Part shown: in pieces, positions 27,676-41,700 of the stretch | Layout: every line of letters starts with the position of its first letter | How positions within the stretch are numbered: the first letter of the stretch is position 1 | Assembly: GCA_000165425.1 (NCBI GenBank) | Contig: CT868058.1 | Location: 62,001 to 126,000 of the forward strand | Direction of reading: 5' to 3' | DNA length: 64,000 nt | DNA from: Paramecium tetraurelia | Taxonomy: Eukaryota | Translations under genes and position numbers: made by a program | The notes under the pieces: generated by a model | Told to the model about the DNA's origin: nothing | The model's input: the letters and a program-made list of their open reading frames with translations, nothing else | Database searches by the model: none

Positions 27676-28893
27676 TCATTCAAAAAATATTTAATAAATC
27701 TCACATTCAATAACATTTGGTGCTAGTGCCCCAAATAGATGAGTTGAATGTTTTGTAGTGTCAAGGCCTGCAGGGGCTTAATATGTAACTCCCAGTCTAG
27801 AATACCCTGATTTGAAATCAGGATTTATTCGTAAATCTTCATCGCCATTACAAGTACCACCAAACAAAATAAAATTTGCCTAAGAAAACTATTATGCAAG
27901 ACCTCCCCTCTCTATGATTATTGGGTAAATTTATTTTAAAGTTTTTGAAAATAAAAATGAAGGATTTGAGACAGTTGCTCCCCAAGGCTTACGGTCATCT
28001 TACCAACTATATGGAGTATATCCACCAAATTCAGTACACCCATTATTTGATGATTTAAAAAACCAAAGCAAGTTTTACCTTCCAACTATCGCATTCTTAA
28101 TCGCATCAAATGTTAATCCATTTTCTCTACTTCGATAAATTGGCTATTTTTTTATAATTTATCTCTTAACATTTTTTTAAATAGTATTCATTATTAAATG
28201 GGTAAAAGGGTTTGCAATTTATAAATAATCGATTTCAGCTTTATTGACTAACTGAAATAATTCTTCGAATTATCCGCTTATAATAATTCTAAAATAAATA
28301 CAATAAATTACTTTTTGTTCATATTATCATAAATTTAGTCCAAGCTTTCTAAATCTTTTTATGTAGACACTTAGTTCATCACTTCTATAGATTTAAAATA
28401 ATTATAAAATTTATTTTGTAACTCCTAGATGACCTCTTTTTTGACACCTTTATCCTGATTTGTAAGTTATTAAAAAAGTGATTTAAAATCATCTTTTTTC
28501 ATTACCTAATAATATAATAATTATATACATTAAGTAAATTGGTTGATTATTCCACTAATTCTGATTACCATATTGCCAATTCATCTAACAACTATTCAAT
28601 TTTTTGTTTTATCAAATTGAATTGTATTTTTTAATCATATAAAAATTGAGCTAAAACTGTTTTTTCTCTAACATCAGTAAATTAAAACGTATTTTCTGGA
28701 TGATCATAGACCTAAAATTATTGATTTTTTAACTTAGATAAGATCCACAATATTCCTAACATCTACAATTTATTATGTCTAAATTAGATTAAGAAAGACA
28801 ACTGCCACATATTAGCCTTGCATTATGGGCTCTTAATTCTAGTAAATTTAGGATTTAATAGCTGTGAATTGGACAGAATGGTAGATTATACAT
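27676..28893 (-). pseudogene. TLDc gene copy 2, +1 frameshift
   Basis: AAGAAAGACA at 28791-28800 vs AGAAGACA in copies 1 and 3; this gives a premature TGA just after intron 1. It could be an assembly error. Confidence 0.7.
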
Positions 28894-29080
28894 TTTCGAA
28901 TTCTATTACAATTTGATATTTTTATTAATGTATATTCGAATATATTACTTTAAAGAATTATAATTAATGGAATTCTATTATTTTGAGAGTTTACAATAGA
29001 TCAAGGTAATAAGAAATATAACATATTTATTAAGGTGAAAGAATAATTATAATTATTATTTTTCAAAATTTTAATAAACA

Positions 29081-29324
29081 ATGTAAGGAATAATTGAGAC
29101 AGATCCTAAAATTATATTGGAATTTATGGCTGAAGAGAATAGATTTGCTCATGCTTAATTAACACTACAAAATTTATAGTCACAACCTGTTGCATTTAAA
29201 GTAAGTGATCTTTTGATGAGTTTAGATTAAAACTACAGTTCCCTAAATGTTTTAAGTAAAACCCAGTGTTGGTTTTATAGAGGCCGATCGATCAACGATT
29301 GTGGAGATATCTACAACCTATGCA
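29081..29324 (+). pseudogene. truncated VAP 5' fragment B
   Basis: Essentially identical to the intact VAP 5' end, including its intron, up to TCTACAAC, then meets the junction. Confidence 0.85.
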
Positions 29325-29403
29325 AAACAGTTTAAGTGCATATAACTGCTAGGAGGACAAATATTCCATTTCAATAAGGTGAATAAATCAATTTAATTTA
29401 ATG

Positions 29404-30620
29404 TCACTCAAAAAATATTTAATAAATCTCACATTCAATAACATTTGGTGCTAGTGCCCCAAATAGATGTGTTGAATATTTTGTAGTGTCAACGCCTGCA
29501 GGGGCTTAATATGTAACTCCCAATCTAGAATACCCTGATTTGAAATCAGGATTTATTCGTAAATCTTCATCGCCATTACAAGTACCACCAAACAAAATAT
29601 AACTTGACTAAACAAACTATTAAGCAAAACCTCCCCTAAATAAGATTATTGGGTAAATTTATTTTAAAGTCTTTGAAAATAAAAATGAAGGATTTGATAC
29701 GGTTGCTCCATAAGGCTTATTCTCATCTTACCAACCATATGGAGTATAACCACCAAACTCAGTACATTAATTATTTGATGATTTAAAAAACCAAAGCAAG
29801 TTTTACCTTCCAACTATTGCAGCCTTAATTGCATTAAATGTTAATCCATTTTCTTTACTATTATAAATTGGCTATTTTTATATAATTTATCTCTTAACAT
29901 TTTTTTAAATAGTATTCATTATTAAATGGGTAAAAGGGTTCGCTATTTATAAATAATCCACTTCAGTATTACCGACTAACTGAAATAGTTCTTCGAATTT
30001 TCCGCTTTTAATAATTCTATAATAAATACAATAAATTACTTTTTGTTTATATTATCATAAATTTAGTCCAAGCTTTCTAAATCTTTTTATGTAGACACTT
30101 AGTTCATCACTTCTATAGATTTAAAATAATTATAAAATTTATTTTGTAACTCCTAGATGACCTCATTCTTAACACCTATATCTTGATTCGTAAGTTATTA
30201 AAAAATTGATTTAAATTCATCTTTTTTAATTACCTAATATTATAATATCTAAATACATTAATTAAATTAGTTTATTATTACACTAATTCTGATTACCATA
30301 TTGCCAATTCATCTAACAACTATTCAATTTTTTTTTTTATCAGATTCATTTGTATTTTTTAATCATATAAAAATTGAGCTAAAACTGTTTTATCTCTTAA
30401 ATCTGTAAATTAAAAGGTATTTTCTGGATGATCATGAATCTAAAATTATTGATTTTTTCACTTAGATAAGATCCACAATATTCCTAACATCTCCAATTTT
30501 TTTTGTCTAAATTAAATTTAGAAGACAGCTGCCACAAATTAGCCTTGCATCGTGGGCTCTTAATTCTAGTAAATTAAGGATTTAATAGCTGTGAATTGGA
30601 CAGAATGGTAGATTATACAT
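29404..30620 (-). CDS. Zn-finger/coiled-coil/TLDc protein, copy 3
   Basis: Same structure as copy 1; 1217-68 nt = 383 codons in frame. Confidence 0.9.
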
Positions 30621-30806
30621 TTTCGAATTCTATTACAATTTGATATTTTTATTAATGTATATTCGAATTATTACTTTAAAGAATTATAATTAATGGAATT
30701 CTATTATTTTGAGAGTTTACAATAGATCAAGGTAATAAGAAATATAACATATTTATTAAGGTGAAAGAATAATTATAATTATTATTTTTCAAAATTTTAA
30801 TAAACA

Positions 30807-31610
30807 ATGTAAGGAATAATTGAGACAGATCCTAAAATTATATTGGAATTTATGGCTGAAGAGAATAGATTTGCTCATGCTTAATTAACACTACAAAATT
30901 TATAGTCACAACCTGTTGCATTTAAAGTAAGTGATCTTTTGATGAGTTTAGATTAAAACTACAGTTCCCTAAATGTTTTAAGTAAAACCCAGTGTTGGTT
31001 TTATAGAGGCCGATCGATCAACGATTGTGGAGATATCTACAACTTAAGCAATCGGATAAGATTAAAAGTTGGATGCTAAATTTTAAATAAATGCTTGTTT
31101 TAGGGATTCAAATGAATAAGGTACTTTGTGTGAATCTAAATGAGATTTGAATTAATTTTGGAGAAGCAGAGATCAATCAACGATACAAACATTTTAACTT
31201 AGAAGCAGGATGAAATATCAAAATCCTCAAGATCAATAGAATCAATAGCAATAACAATAACAATAGCAATAACAAATCACTGGGGATTCTAAGATTTTAG
31301 AATCAAGTATTTTTAACTCATCTCATTCTGAATCAAGAATGTTTAAATCCATCAAAGAAGATAGTTAAAAAGACGAATTATTGAATCAATATAAAGATCA
31401 ATATGAAAAATTAGTAATAACATATATATTGTATAGTCTCAAGAGTATCAAGTCTTCAAATAAAAGATTTAGCAAGACTAATTCAATAATTTATCAAAGA
31501 AAGGTATTTGTTAATAATATATATATTAAGAATCAAATGCAATAAATACAAGACAAGCGTTAATTGTAGTAATAATTGCATTAGTAATTGGATATATTCT
31601 TGGAAAATGA
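30807..31610 (+). CDS. VAMP-associated protein (VAP/Scs2 family; MSP domain, coiled coil, C-terminal TM)
   Basis: LTLQN..PVAFKIKTT.P.MFQVKPSVG..KFQI; tail ALIVVIIALVIGYILGK*. Confidence 0.9.
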
Positions 31611-31632
31611 TAAAATAATTTATATGAAATCA

Positions 31633-32389
31633 TCATTTTATTCTGGGCAGCTTTAAAGGTGGAGTAGGAGGTAGTGTATACCAAAATTCTTCATTTTTAT
31701 CTTGTTAATAATCATTATTCAAAGAGTTTCCATTGACGGATCGTTTTGACTAAGTTAATTTGAATGCTTCTTCAGTTGAATTTGTTTTGCTGAATTCATT
31801 GTTATTATTAGCATTGTTATTATTCTTTCCAATTACTTTATTCAATGTAAATTGTATTTCCTTAACCTTTTATAACAATTCCTTCATTTCCTATACTTCC
31901 TCCACTAATTCTTTCAATTCCTTGTGTTTAGCTACTTATAAAATCTACAAATCCAGGAATTCAGTTTATTTTTGACTTAATTAATTACCAAAATCTTAAA
32001 CTTAGGCTTAAGATCTTTATAACTACTTCTCTAATAAATGTAATTCCATTCTTAAATTTGTATTAGTTTCTAATAATTCATCTACCATATTTGTTCTTTC
32101 CACATGTTTGAATTTGGCAACTTCTATTTGTTTGATTAATTTCGCTTGAAATTTGGTTCCAATTTGAACGGGTTTCTCCAATTCAACAGCTATGATGTTT
32201 CTTATCATTTATTCTTCATTATTCAGTATTTCCTCTAATTCCTACTAAGTCTATTCAATTTCATTAGTGATCTTGATTCTGTGCTGTCTCTCTTTCTCAA
32301 GTACTTTCAAGCTATTATGTGAAGTTTCCTTATTAATAATTATTATATACTTCTAATTTTATGAGAGCATCTTCTAATTATTTTAACAT
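31633..32389 (-). CDS. coiled-coil hypothetical protein
   Basis: E/K/Q/L-rich open frame with 1 intron; ends PPTPPLKLPRIK*. Confidence 0.75.
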
Positions 32390-32633
32390 TAAATTTATAA
32401 AATTAACAAATGAAATCAATGTTAACACTACAATTTTTCTTAGTTTCTGTGTATTTTCAAATTATAAATAACATTTTACACATATATTGATTTAATACTT
32501 CATAAAATTTTTGAATATACAGAAATAAAGAAATAATTTGAAATAAATAAAAACCATGTGATCTTCCAACAAAGATTCTATTTGAATATAAAATCGTGTA
32601 GTTTAATATGATTATACAAATAATCCAATATGT

Positions 32634-33480
32634 TCATACAAACAATCTCGTTGGTAAATTTTGTTGTAACATGGACAAAGTCTTGTCATAATCATGTAGA
32701 AGATAATTTTTTTAATTTGAGTGCAATTACAATTTGTTGGATATTGGATTGACATTAACAGGAGTTTCTCTTGCCAGGATTGGTGGAAGTTTCAAAGGCT
32801 TATTCATGTATTCATATTTAGGCTAGGAAGGTTCAGTGACTCTGTTTTCAAATATTTAATTTTCATGAGTAGGTTAAATAGAATATGATTTAATCCTTTG
32901 AGCTTTTTATTCAACCTCAGGTTAATAGTCTATTTTGGATTCTAATTGAGAAAGGTAGAGGGCCTTGTTATTTTGAGCTCTCAAGTGATCTCTTTCTTGT
33001 CTGATCTTTTAGGCCTTCTCTTGATTTTTTACGACTTTGCTTGTGGATGTCGCAGGAATAGCTCCTTCTATATCATTGGTAGCCAGCAATCTATCCCCTT
33101 ATAGATTTCCTGATATTATATGATAATACTTAGGTTAATCATAATAATTCTCTAAGGCTCGATATTATTTGATTTCTCCTTCTTGTAAGTTGTAATGCTT
33201 TTTATGCGAACCATCAAAATAATTATCTCCTTAAGGAACACAACTATTGTTGAAATGATGGAAGTCATGCTGATATCTTCTACGTCCATATTGAGGATCT
33301 TACTTAGGAATTGTATATCTAGAAAATGTTAGAGTCAGAGATTAACTGCAATTTAGTGTTATTTGCTTAGCGAATATCATATGGAATGATCTTGTCTAAG
33401 TAAGAACTCTTCTATTTTGGTTGAGCCCCTGAAATGTCAACTGTCAATAATGATCTATCAAATTTATGAAAATTATTCAT
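32634..33480 (-). CDS. hypothetical protein with two DI-x-GA-x-P motifs
   Basis: LLTVDISGAQP and LLATNDIEGAIP; one 28-nt intron. Confidence 0.75.
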
Positions 33481-33857
33481 CTTAATAAAAATAATTGATC
33501 ATTTTAATATTTCGACGTAGAATACTCAAACTATTTATTTTCAATAACAGTTTATAAAATTCTCAAATCTCATGCAGACAGATGATAAATTTATAAATAA
33601 TCAATTTGATGTTGAGATGATGTGTTATGATTTCATTTTTGTAGACCTTCCAAATATTGAGATAACAGAGGATATTAGTGATCATGCATATTAATCAGAA
33701 GCCATTATAAGTTATACCTTAAAGTTTCAAAAATTAATTGGATAAATCTGAAAAAGAGTCCTTTATATAGTGTTTCTTTTTGTCTCTCATATTTCTGATT
33801 ACTAAGAATTTGAAGTTTTGGAGTTTAGTTCCATTTTTAATTATTAATAATTATATC

Positions 33858-36800
33858 TCACTTATCTTAACTGTGGACCAATATGCCAATAAAATCTTTG
33901 ATAGTTTTAATCTTCTAAATCACACGCAACGGAATCATCATTATCAATCCCTTTGTTCTCCAAATGTCTCTTGTCATTTTCATTTAAGCTGGTAGCCAGA
34001 CTATGAAATACACAAAAAATATCAGAACTTCGAATACTATGAATACTGCCAATAACTAAGTTTAGGTTACTTCAATGTCGTATTTCAAGGCTGTCAAGAA
34101 TTCATCAAGTAAATATCTAAAAGCAGCTATGCAAATTATCTTATTCTTTTACCTTTTATAAAGACATTCTACATAATGCGCGATTCACTGGTCTGTTTGA
34201 AATTGTTCAAATTATAGATATAGTTGGTTACATTATCAGAGTCATTAGTTATGTTTCTAAATCTTCCCCAACCTCTAGCAGCAACACTAAAATTCACTTC
34301 AGGGTGTCCATTAAACATGTCATATATTGTCATTATGTATCTGACATTCTCAAAATATCTTGCTATTGCTACTGCCATCCCTTACTCGATTGACCCATTT
34401 GCAAATGATTCACAAAATTCAATTGTCGTATATCCATTTTAAACAAAAGTATCGCAAGGATTTAACATGAAAATTTATTAGAATGTGTCATAGTAATTAG
34501 AATTCTGTATTTCTGAATTTTTAGCATGTTCCTAATGCAAATCTGAGTCAATTTCATAATTTTTTTGTATATTATCCATCACTACTTAGTATGCATTCTC
34601 TAGAAGGATCGGTTCATTAGGGTTGAGAAATAGTTACCTTTCGCAATTATCAACAAATCTATAAAAGGAACTGCATCTGGCTGTAACATTCAATTCGGGG
34701 ATCTACTACTTCAAGTTATTATAAGTAACTTGATTTAGAAAATAATTTAATAAGAAATATCCTTAGAAGATAACAAGTATAAATGTGATTATTATAATTT
34801 GAGAGCGGTGGAATGAATTTGTATTTTTAAAGATTTTCCTTTTCCTCTTTGATTTGAGGGTTCTGCTGAGTTCTTTATGTTCATCCTATTCTTCATCACT
34901 TAAATCAGAAGATACTTCTTCCTCTTCTCCAACTTACAGATTTGAAATAAAATTTTCACTTTTATTATACAAATATTTAACAGTTTTTTCTGGGATTTCC
35001 ATAAACAATTACAATATTTGTTCTTAAATCTAATTTATCTAGAAAATAAACATAACAAGTATTATTAATAATATGAAAAAGGCACAGGCTGACACAATCA
35101 TAAAAATAAAAAAGATTTCAACATTCTGCCCTGACAGATTATTTATTCCATATGAATATTAATTTGTCTCATTTCGAAATTAAAACACAATTCCATTCTG
35201 TAGATTATAAGTAATAAATGTAGCATCCTCATCATCTAAAGTCATACTTTTTAGTGGTTTATCTCTGACTAAAAGTGCTTTACTAATTATTTATTAGGTG
35301 GCTTCAATTAAGTCATAATTAGAAAAACTGGTTTTTGAAATCCTGACATTCACAACACTTTTGGAATGCAATTCTTCAATTTCTTCATTGATGTAAAGAT
35401 CATCCAACATAATCTTTTTATTTGCATCTGTTAATGCAAAAATTGAGTTATTCAATTCAGTTCTTTATTCTTCTTCATATGCAATAGCTTCAGTTTCAGT
35501 CATATTCCAGATTCCTATCCTGAGCATTTCCAAATTCTATACATTCATCACGATCTGACTACACTCTTGATTTCTCAAACTTACGTAATTGATAAGGTTC
35601 AATGAATTTTGAATATTTTCAAACAAAAACAATCCTAAAAAATAGGATGTAAATGACAAGGTTAGTACAGTTATCATCAATATATTGATGGCCCAACTTA
35701 AATAAACTATGACTTATGGTCTTTATTAATCATTTATTGTAGAATTTAATGCTTTTCTATTTCTAAATACATTATTCCTTTAACCTTACTCAATTTCGTC
35801 TGGATTATCTGAATTCTTTTAAAACACACTTGAATGTTGAACTTCATCAGAATCAGAAAAGCTCATTCTAATATCTTCAATATCTTAAATCCTATTATCA
35901 AATAATTTTAATGTTCTTATTCCTTCTGCATAATTTATTTTTTCTACCTTCACTTCTTCAACCTTTTCCTTCTTCTCAGCTTGTGTTTCTTCACTCAATC
36001 TAGATGATTACTCCCAAATTACAGTTTGATCAACCCTAGCTGAGTTTCCTTCTTCTTGATTCTCACCAATATATAAGGCCTTAGAAGGGAAATACTTGAA
36101 TTAAAAATTACTCACATGTGTATTTGGTACTACCAATTATTGCTGTATATCAGGACTTAAAATTTAACTCTATTCATTTGATACTTTCTCTAATTTTATC
36201 ACATAGCCCATCACTTAATCTTGATGCTCATTTGAAATTTCAGTAATTTATATTTGAAATAAAATCTAGGTCTAATCTTCTAAGTCACTAATATAATATT
36301 ATAGGTAATTTGAATTTGATACTATATTTGATTGCAAATTAAAACTAATGACACAGCCTGTCTTATTTAAATATTCATTTCTGTTGTAATTTGGAAAAAG
36401 CTCATGAAAATAGATCTTTCTATGACTTATCATCTTTTAATCTACAAACAAGTTGCAAATGCAAGAAGAGGAGATACTTTCAATTACTTCATCACTATCA
36501 AGAATTAAATAGCATCCTACTTTAAATGTTCGTAAGGTCCTAAACTAAGCAGCAATTAAAATATTGTCATCAAATGATTGTAATACCTTCATATACAAGT
36601 AACAGGGGAGAATGTATCCTGACTTTAATTTTATGTAAACTAATCTCTCCTTCATAAGTTTTTGTTGATCGTTGCTCTACATAAACATTTCCATGTAATT
36701 ATCATGAAACTTAGCATAGACTTGGGGAATCAACAAATTTATTTTCCGATTAATCAATTCTGTTTTGTGATAACCAAACAAATTGCAAACGCTTAAATTT

Positions 36801-38755
36801 AAATTAGTTATTTAAGCAAATTTATCTGATGATGTCGATACTAACAAAGTAGGCAATGGCTCAAAATTAATATCATCACTGCTAAAAACTTAAATAGTTT
36901 ATTTGTTTTTCATCTTATTATTTTAAGCTTAGAGTATTTTAGATTTTTCTAATAATTCCTCTCCAAAGTCTTTATCTTGGAGTACTTCAATGATAAATTT
37001 AGCATATAATCTCATAGCCTTAGGTAAATTTTAAGTCATCTTTTAAATTTTATTCCATAATTCTTCAACTTAAATAATTGCTAAATTGATTTTTGAACCA
37101 ATTTCATTCATTTTACCCAAATCAGGTTAATCTTCCTATAATTATGACCAAAAGTCCATATGCATTAATGTCGCTCTCTCTATTTTATTCTAAAATTATC
37201 TCATATTATTTTAGAATGTTAACTCTGTTGCAACGTCTAAGTTACCACTAATTGTTTCATTTTATGTTATATTCATTTCATCTTCAATTATCCTCTTGTA
37301 TCTAAAAATTATAAATTCGTTATCTAAACTAGGAGAGAGCAACTCGATTTAATTAAATTCATTTAAAGATTATTATTTTTATTTCAGAAAATCAAGTAAA
37401 TAAAAAGCATAATTAATTCTTAATCTCACGTTATGTTAATGTCTTCTTATGTATCCTTGATATATCTCTCCAAGGAGTAAATGTATTTGATAATCCCTAT
37501 GAGAAATATTTTCATCCTTTAATTTTACCAATCTTTAGTTTAATTGTTTTTTTATCCTGAAAACACAGTCCTCTTTTTAGCAAGTATTTTTGTGTACTTC
37601 AATAAGTGCATCCAACATAATGTTAAAGTGTTAATTATTTTGATATCTTGATAATAATTTTTAGATATAGTTGGTTAGTAATATGATTTGATTTGGATCC
37701 TCTGTTTTATTGATATTCATTAATAATAGATCATAAAGATACTTTTCCTTTTTCGATATAGCAAATGCAATAAGAGGTAGACCAATGAGCCAGGCATAGA
37801 TGGTACCATGAAATATGATGTCTTCTAGATAATGAGAAAAACATATCAATAGAGCACTCCATAACATTAGGGCTGCATACACGGATGAAATCTTTTGCAT
37901 AGCAACATGGTTAAAAGGTTGTTCTATGTGTAACTTGTAAAAAGTCACAAATGCTCCTATTAAAATGATATAGATAGCAACATAGTCAAATTGATCTAAA
38001 TCTATTAATACAAAGGAGATTTCCAAAATGAGGAAGTAAAAGAATTTAAAGGTTTTGGCTCTTCCAGAAGTCTTGGACAACTGATCCTTATGATTATATT
38101 TTGGCTCAAAGTATAGCAAATTAAAAGTCATGGTTATAACAACGAAGAGAACAATTCCCAGTATGGCTACGATTCCATGAATAACATGGGAACCTTACCA
38201 ACATGTGTTATTAAATACCACATTTATGAGGTTATTGTTATCGTCATAGTGACAATTAAGTATTTGAAAAAAAAGGTCAAGTATTGGCAAATAGAGTATA
38301 GTGGTAAATAAGATGAAAATCAATTTGAGGATATAAATAGGCCAAGTATATGAAGAGTTGATTTTAGTGATGTTGGAGTATCCTATTAGTAGGAGTATCA
38401 TAAGGGACATGAAGATGATACCTATTAATGCGTACATCATTGATGCAAAGCTGGAAAAGTTGAGCTTTTCAAAATATGGAGTTAGCATGAAATATCCAAA
38501 GAATTTATACAATTGATAGGAGACTTTCTAGTTCTTCCACACCACATATAGTTGACGATGAAAGATAAATGTGAGATATTAAAAAAAGGAGATGACTTAC
38601 AGAAAGATTTGAATTGCGATTGATTATTCTTCATCTTTTAAAATCAGGAAGAAAACTCTGAATACGATTAGTTTGAGTTCTGTCTACATACGAGTTAAGA
38701 TGTTATCATTCTCTAGTGAGTTCTTGGTCGATCCATAATTGGACTTTACCTCCAT
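33858..38755 (-). CDS. multi-TM PAS-domain protein (TmcB/TmcC-like), paralog A
   Basis: N-terminal TM bundle, HMDFWSQL helical region, PAS FGYHKTELIGKQINLLIPQVYAKFHD, and C-terminal TM..IWRTKGLIMMIP. Confidence 0.85.
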
Positions 38756-38792
38756 TTAATTTAATTAATTGATAATTGATATAGATAAGAAA

Positions 38793-41700
38793 TCAAACAT
38801 CAACATCGTTGATTTGGATGTTCGCTTTGATGTATGTCTTTATAGATTTAATACTTTGAATGACACCAAGAGGAATCATTAGGATCATCGATCTGGTTCT
38901 CCATATGTCCTTGGTTAACTTGGCAACCAACGGCAACCACAAAAGAAAGTATGCCATTAAAAGTAATCCTTCAAAAACGATAAAGAGTCCAAGTATCTAG
39001 GTTTTATGACTTTCCATATCTTGTCTAATTCCCTCAATCATAGAAGAAACAAGAAATCGAAATGCTCCTCTGTTGTAACTATCTTAAATCTCACGAGCTT
39101 CCTTTGTTTAATTGAAGTTATTTAAGTTTAAAATGTAATTCCTTACATTGTCACTGTCTTTGGTTATATTCTTAAATTTTCCGAAACCTCGAGCTAATAA
39201 AGTAAAATTTACATTGGAGTTTCCCCAAAATTGATCATAGATTGTCATTATGTATCTCAGATTCTCAAAATACCTTGAAATCCCAACTGCCATTCCTTAA
39301 TAGAGAGCTCCATCAGCAAACACCTGACAGTCTTATTCATTTATTTCATTTAAAAAGTTTGATATAATTGTACATGGTTGTTCCATGAAAACTTATCTAA
39401 AAGAATCTAAGTATATTTAACTAGTTATTTCAACATTTAATGCATGTTCTTAGTGAATGGATGAATCTAAGGCGTACATAGCATTCAGATTATTTTTGAC
39501 AATTTCATAAGAATCTTAATTCATGATTGTTTGATTTCGATCCAGAAATAAAGATCTCTCACTTATATCTACAAATCTATAGAAACTCTCAGCTCTAGCA
39601 GTTGCATTTATTTCAGGTATCATTTAATTTAAGTCTGTCAAAAATGTCTTACTCATTAGAAAATTTAATGTAAAGTATACTTAAGCTATTATAATAAATA
39701 TTAAGATTCCTAAAGTAAAATTGCGTTGTTCTTTATTTGAATTTTTGTATTTCCTTCTCTTTCTTTTGGTTTTCACTGCTTTATTCAATTCATTTTGGCC
39801 TTCTCTTTCCATTTCATCCATTTCTGAGATTAAATCATCATCTTCTCCCATTTGTAAGTTAGATATAAAGTTTTCAGCCCTGTTAAATAAATATTTTGTA
39901 GTTTTATCTGGCAGATCTATAAAAATTGCTAACATTTCCTCTTAAGTCTTACTCACTGAAGCTATTGCTATTAACAAGATAAATAATCCAATACCAAGTG
40001 CAGCAGCTGAAATACTTAGTATCAATAAGAAAGTATCTTTATTATTTTCTGATTTAATCCTCAATTCATTAGCATACAATGTTGAAAAGGCTCTTAATTA
40101 ATATATCAAACTATTTAGAGAATTAAACAACACAAATTGGATGTCTCCATCATCCAAACTAATTTCAGTTATTGGTTTATCTTTGATAATTAATGATTTA
40201 CTCAATAATTACTAGATAGCTTCGGAAAGATCAAACATCTATGAACTACCATCACTTGATCTCATATTCACAACATCATTGTTCATCATTTCCAAGATCT
40301 AATTGCTCAAACTCACATCTGTTAACATTAACTCCTTATTCAAATTATCAACATTATTTATTGATTAATTTAACTTCTTCTTCCATAAGGCTTCATATGT
40401 TTACTACTCCAATTGAGTAGAGAAAATCCAAACATCCATATTCAACATCAATAAATTTTATATGCTTGTAGTAATAGTTTATAATTCAGCATTCCTTTGA
40501 TTTTAATTTTTAACCAGCAAGATAGTTTTATAAATATCCTCATACTAGTCATAAATTATGAAAAAGTCAGTGAATGATAACACAACTAAGATAATGGCTA
40601 GTATATTCGCAGTCCAATTAACTTTTGTAATCACTTTAGGAACCTAGTAATTATTGATAATTTAAGATAAGTGCTTTCTCGATCTAAATATGTTATTCTT
40701 CTCATTCACATCTTATTATCCTTTCCTCTCCTAATCTTAATTTTAGTTTCTCTCAAAAACACTATTCTTCCCCTCATTCTCCTCATCTGATATGATATCC
40801 TGATCATTTATATCCTAAATTCTGTTCTCAAACAGTCTCACAGTTGCTATTCCTTCTCCATAATTTATCTTGTTCTTTTATTAATCATTATTATCAGCTC
40901 TTACTAAATATTTTTATATCTCTGCATTATGAATTTCTGGTTGATTAGATGAAATCATAGAAGAGAGATCCCCCTAATCCCAAATTACTGTTTAATCAAC
41001 TCTTTAGGAGTTCATTTCAGCAACAAATTCACCTTAATACATTGCCATGCGAGGGTTGTATCTAAATTACAAACTTAACCCATTTTGACGATGATATACA
41101 TTAAGTTCTTAATTTATGCTCTTTTCATTCTGATTTATTTCTAATCTCACCGCGTATCCTGCCAATACTCCAGTAGTGTCATTGATTATTTCATTCATAT
41201 AACAATTAAAGAAAATCTCAGCCTCCTCCCTTTCCTCCTTTAGAATTTTATTACTGATTTATTATTCATTTGGTTTATAATGTAAAGTTCCGCCAGTTTT
41301 ACTAAGGTACTACTATTTTTATTAACTAAAGTTTGGAAAGATGTCTGTCAGCATTATTTTCTTGTGTGATATTTATTTATAGTCAAGGTTCAATAAAGGA
41401 ATGCATGAGGCAGATACACAATCAATCGATTCTTCTGCATCCACTATTAAGTAACAAGTTGGTTTGAATAACTTAATTGGTCGAAATTGAGCAGCCAATT
41501 GTAAACTATCATCTTGTGATTAAATAATCTTTAGAGTTAAAAAACAAGGGAGAATGTAATTAGACTTTAATTTTATGTATACCAACCTTTCTTTGTTAAT
41601 ATTTTTATTATCATTTGTTTGCATAAATCGTTCTAAGTATGAATCATGAAATTTAGAATACAAATTTGGCATAAATATATTGACCTTTCGATTGATCATC

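Larger units (their letters stand above)
25670..31057. repeat. three tandem ~1.75-1.83 kb segmental duplications
   Basis: Units at about 25670-27497, 27498-29325 and 29326-31057; each holds a TLDc gene, the divergent intergenic spacer and a VAP 5' end. Confidence 0.95.

Noticed and set aside
25670..31057. Tandem units as a transposon or diversity-generating retroelement
   Set aside because: No transposase or reverse transcriptase, terminal repeats or adenine-specific variation; ordinary tandem duplication fits.
33560..33834. Possible third TmcB-like 5' remnant (MELNSK resembles MELKSN/MEVKSN)
   Set aside because: The similarity is limited to about 5 residues, with TGA at codon 16.
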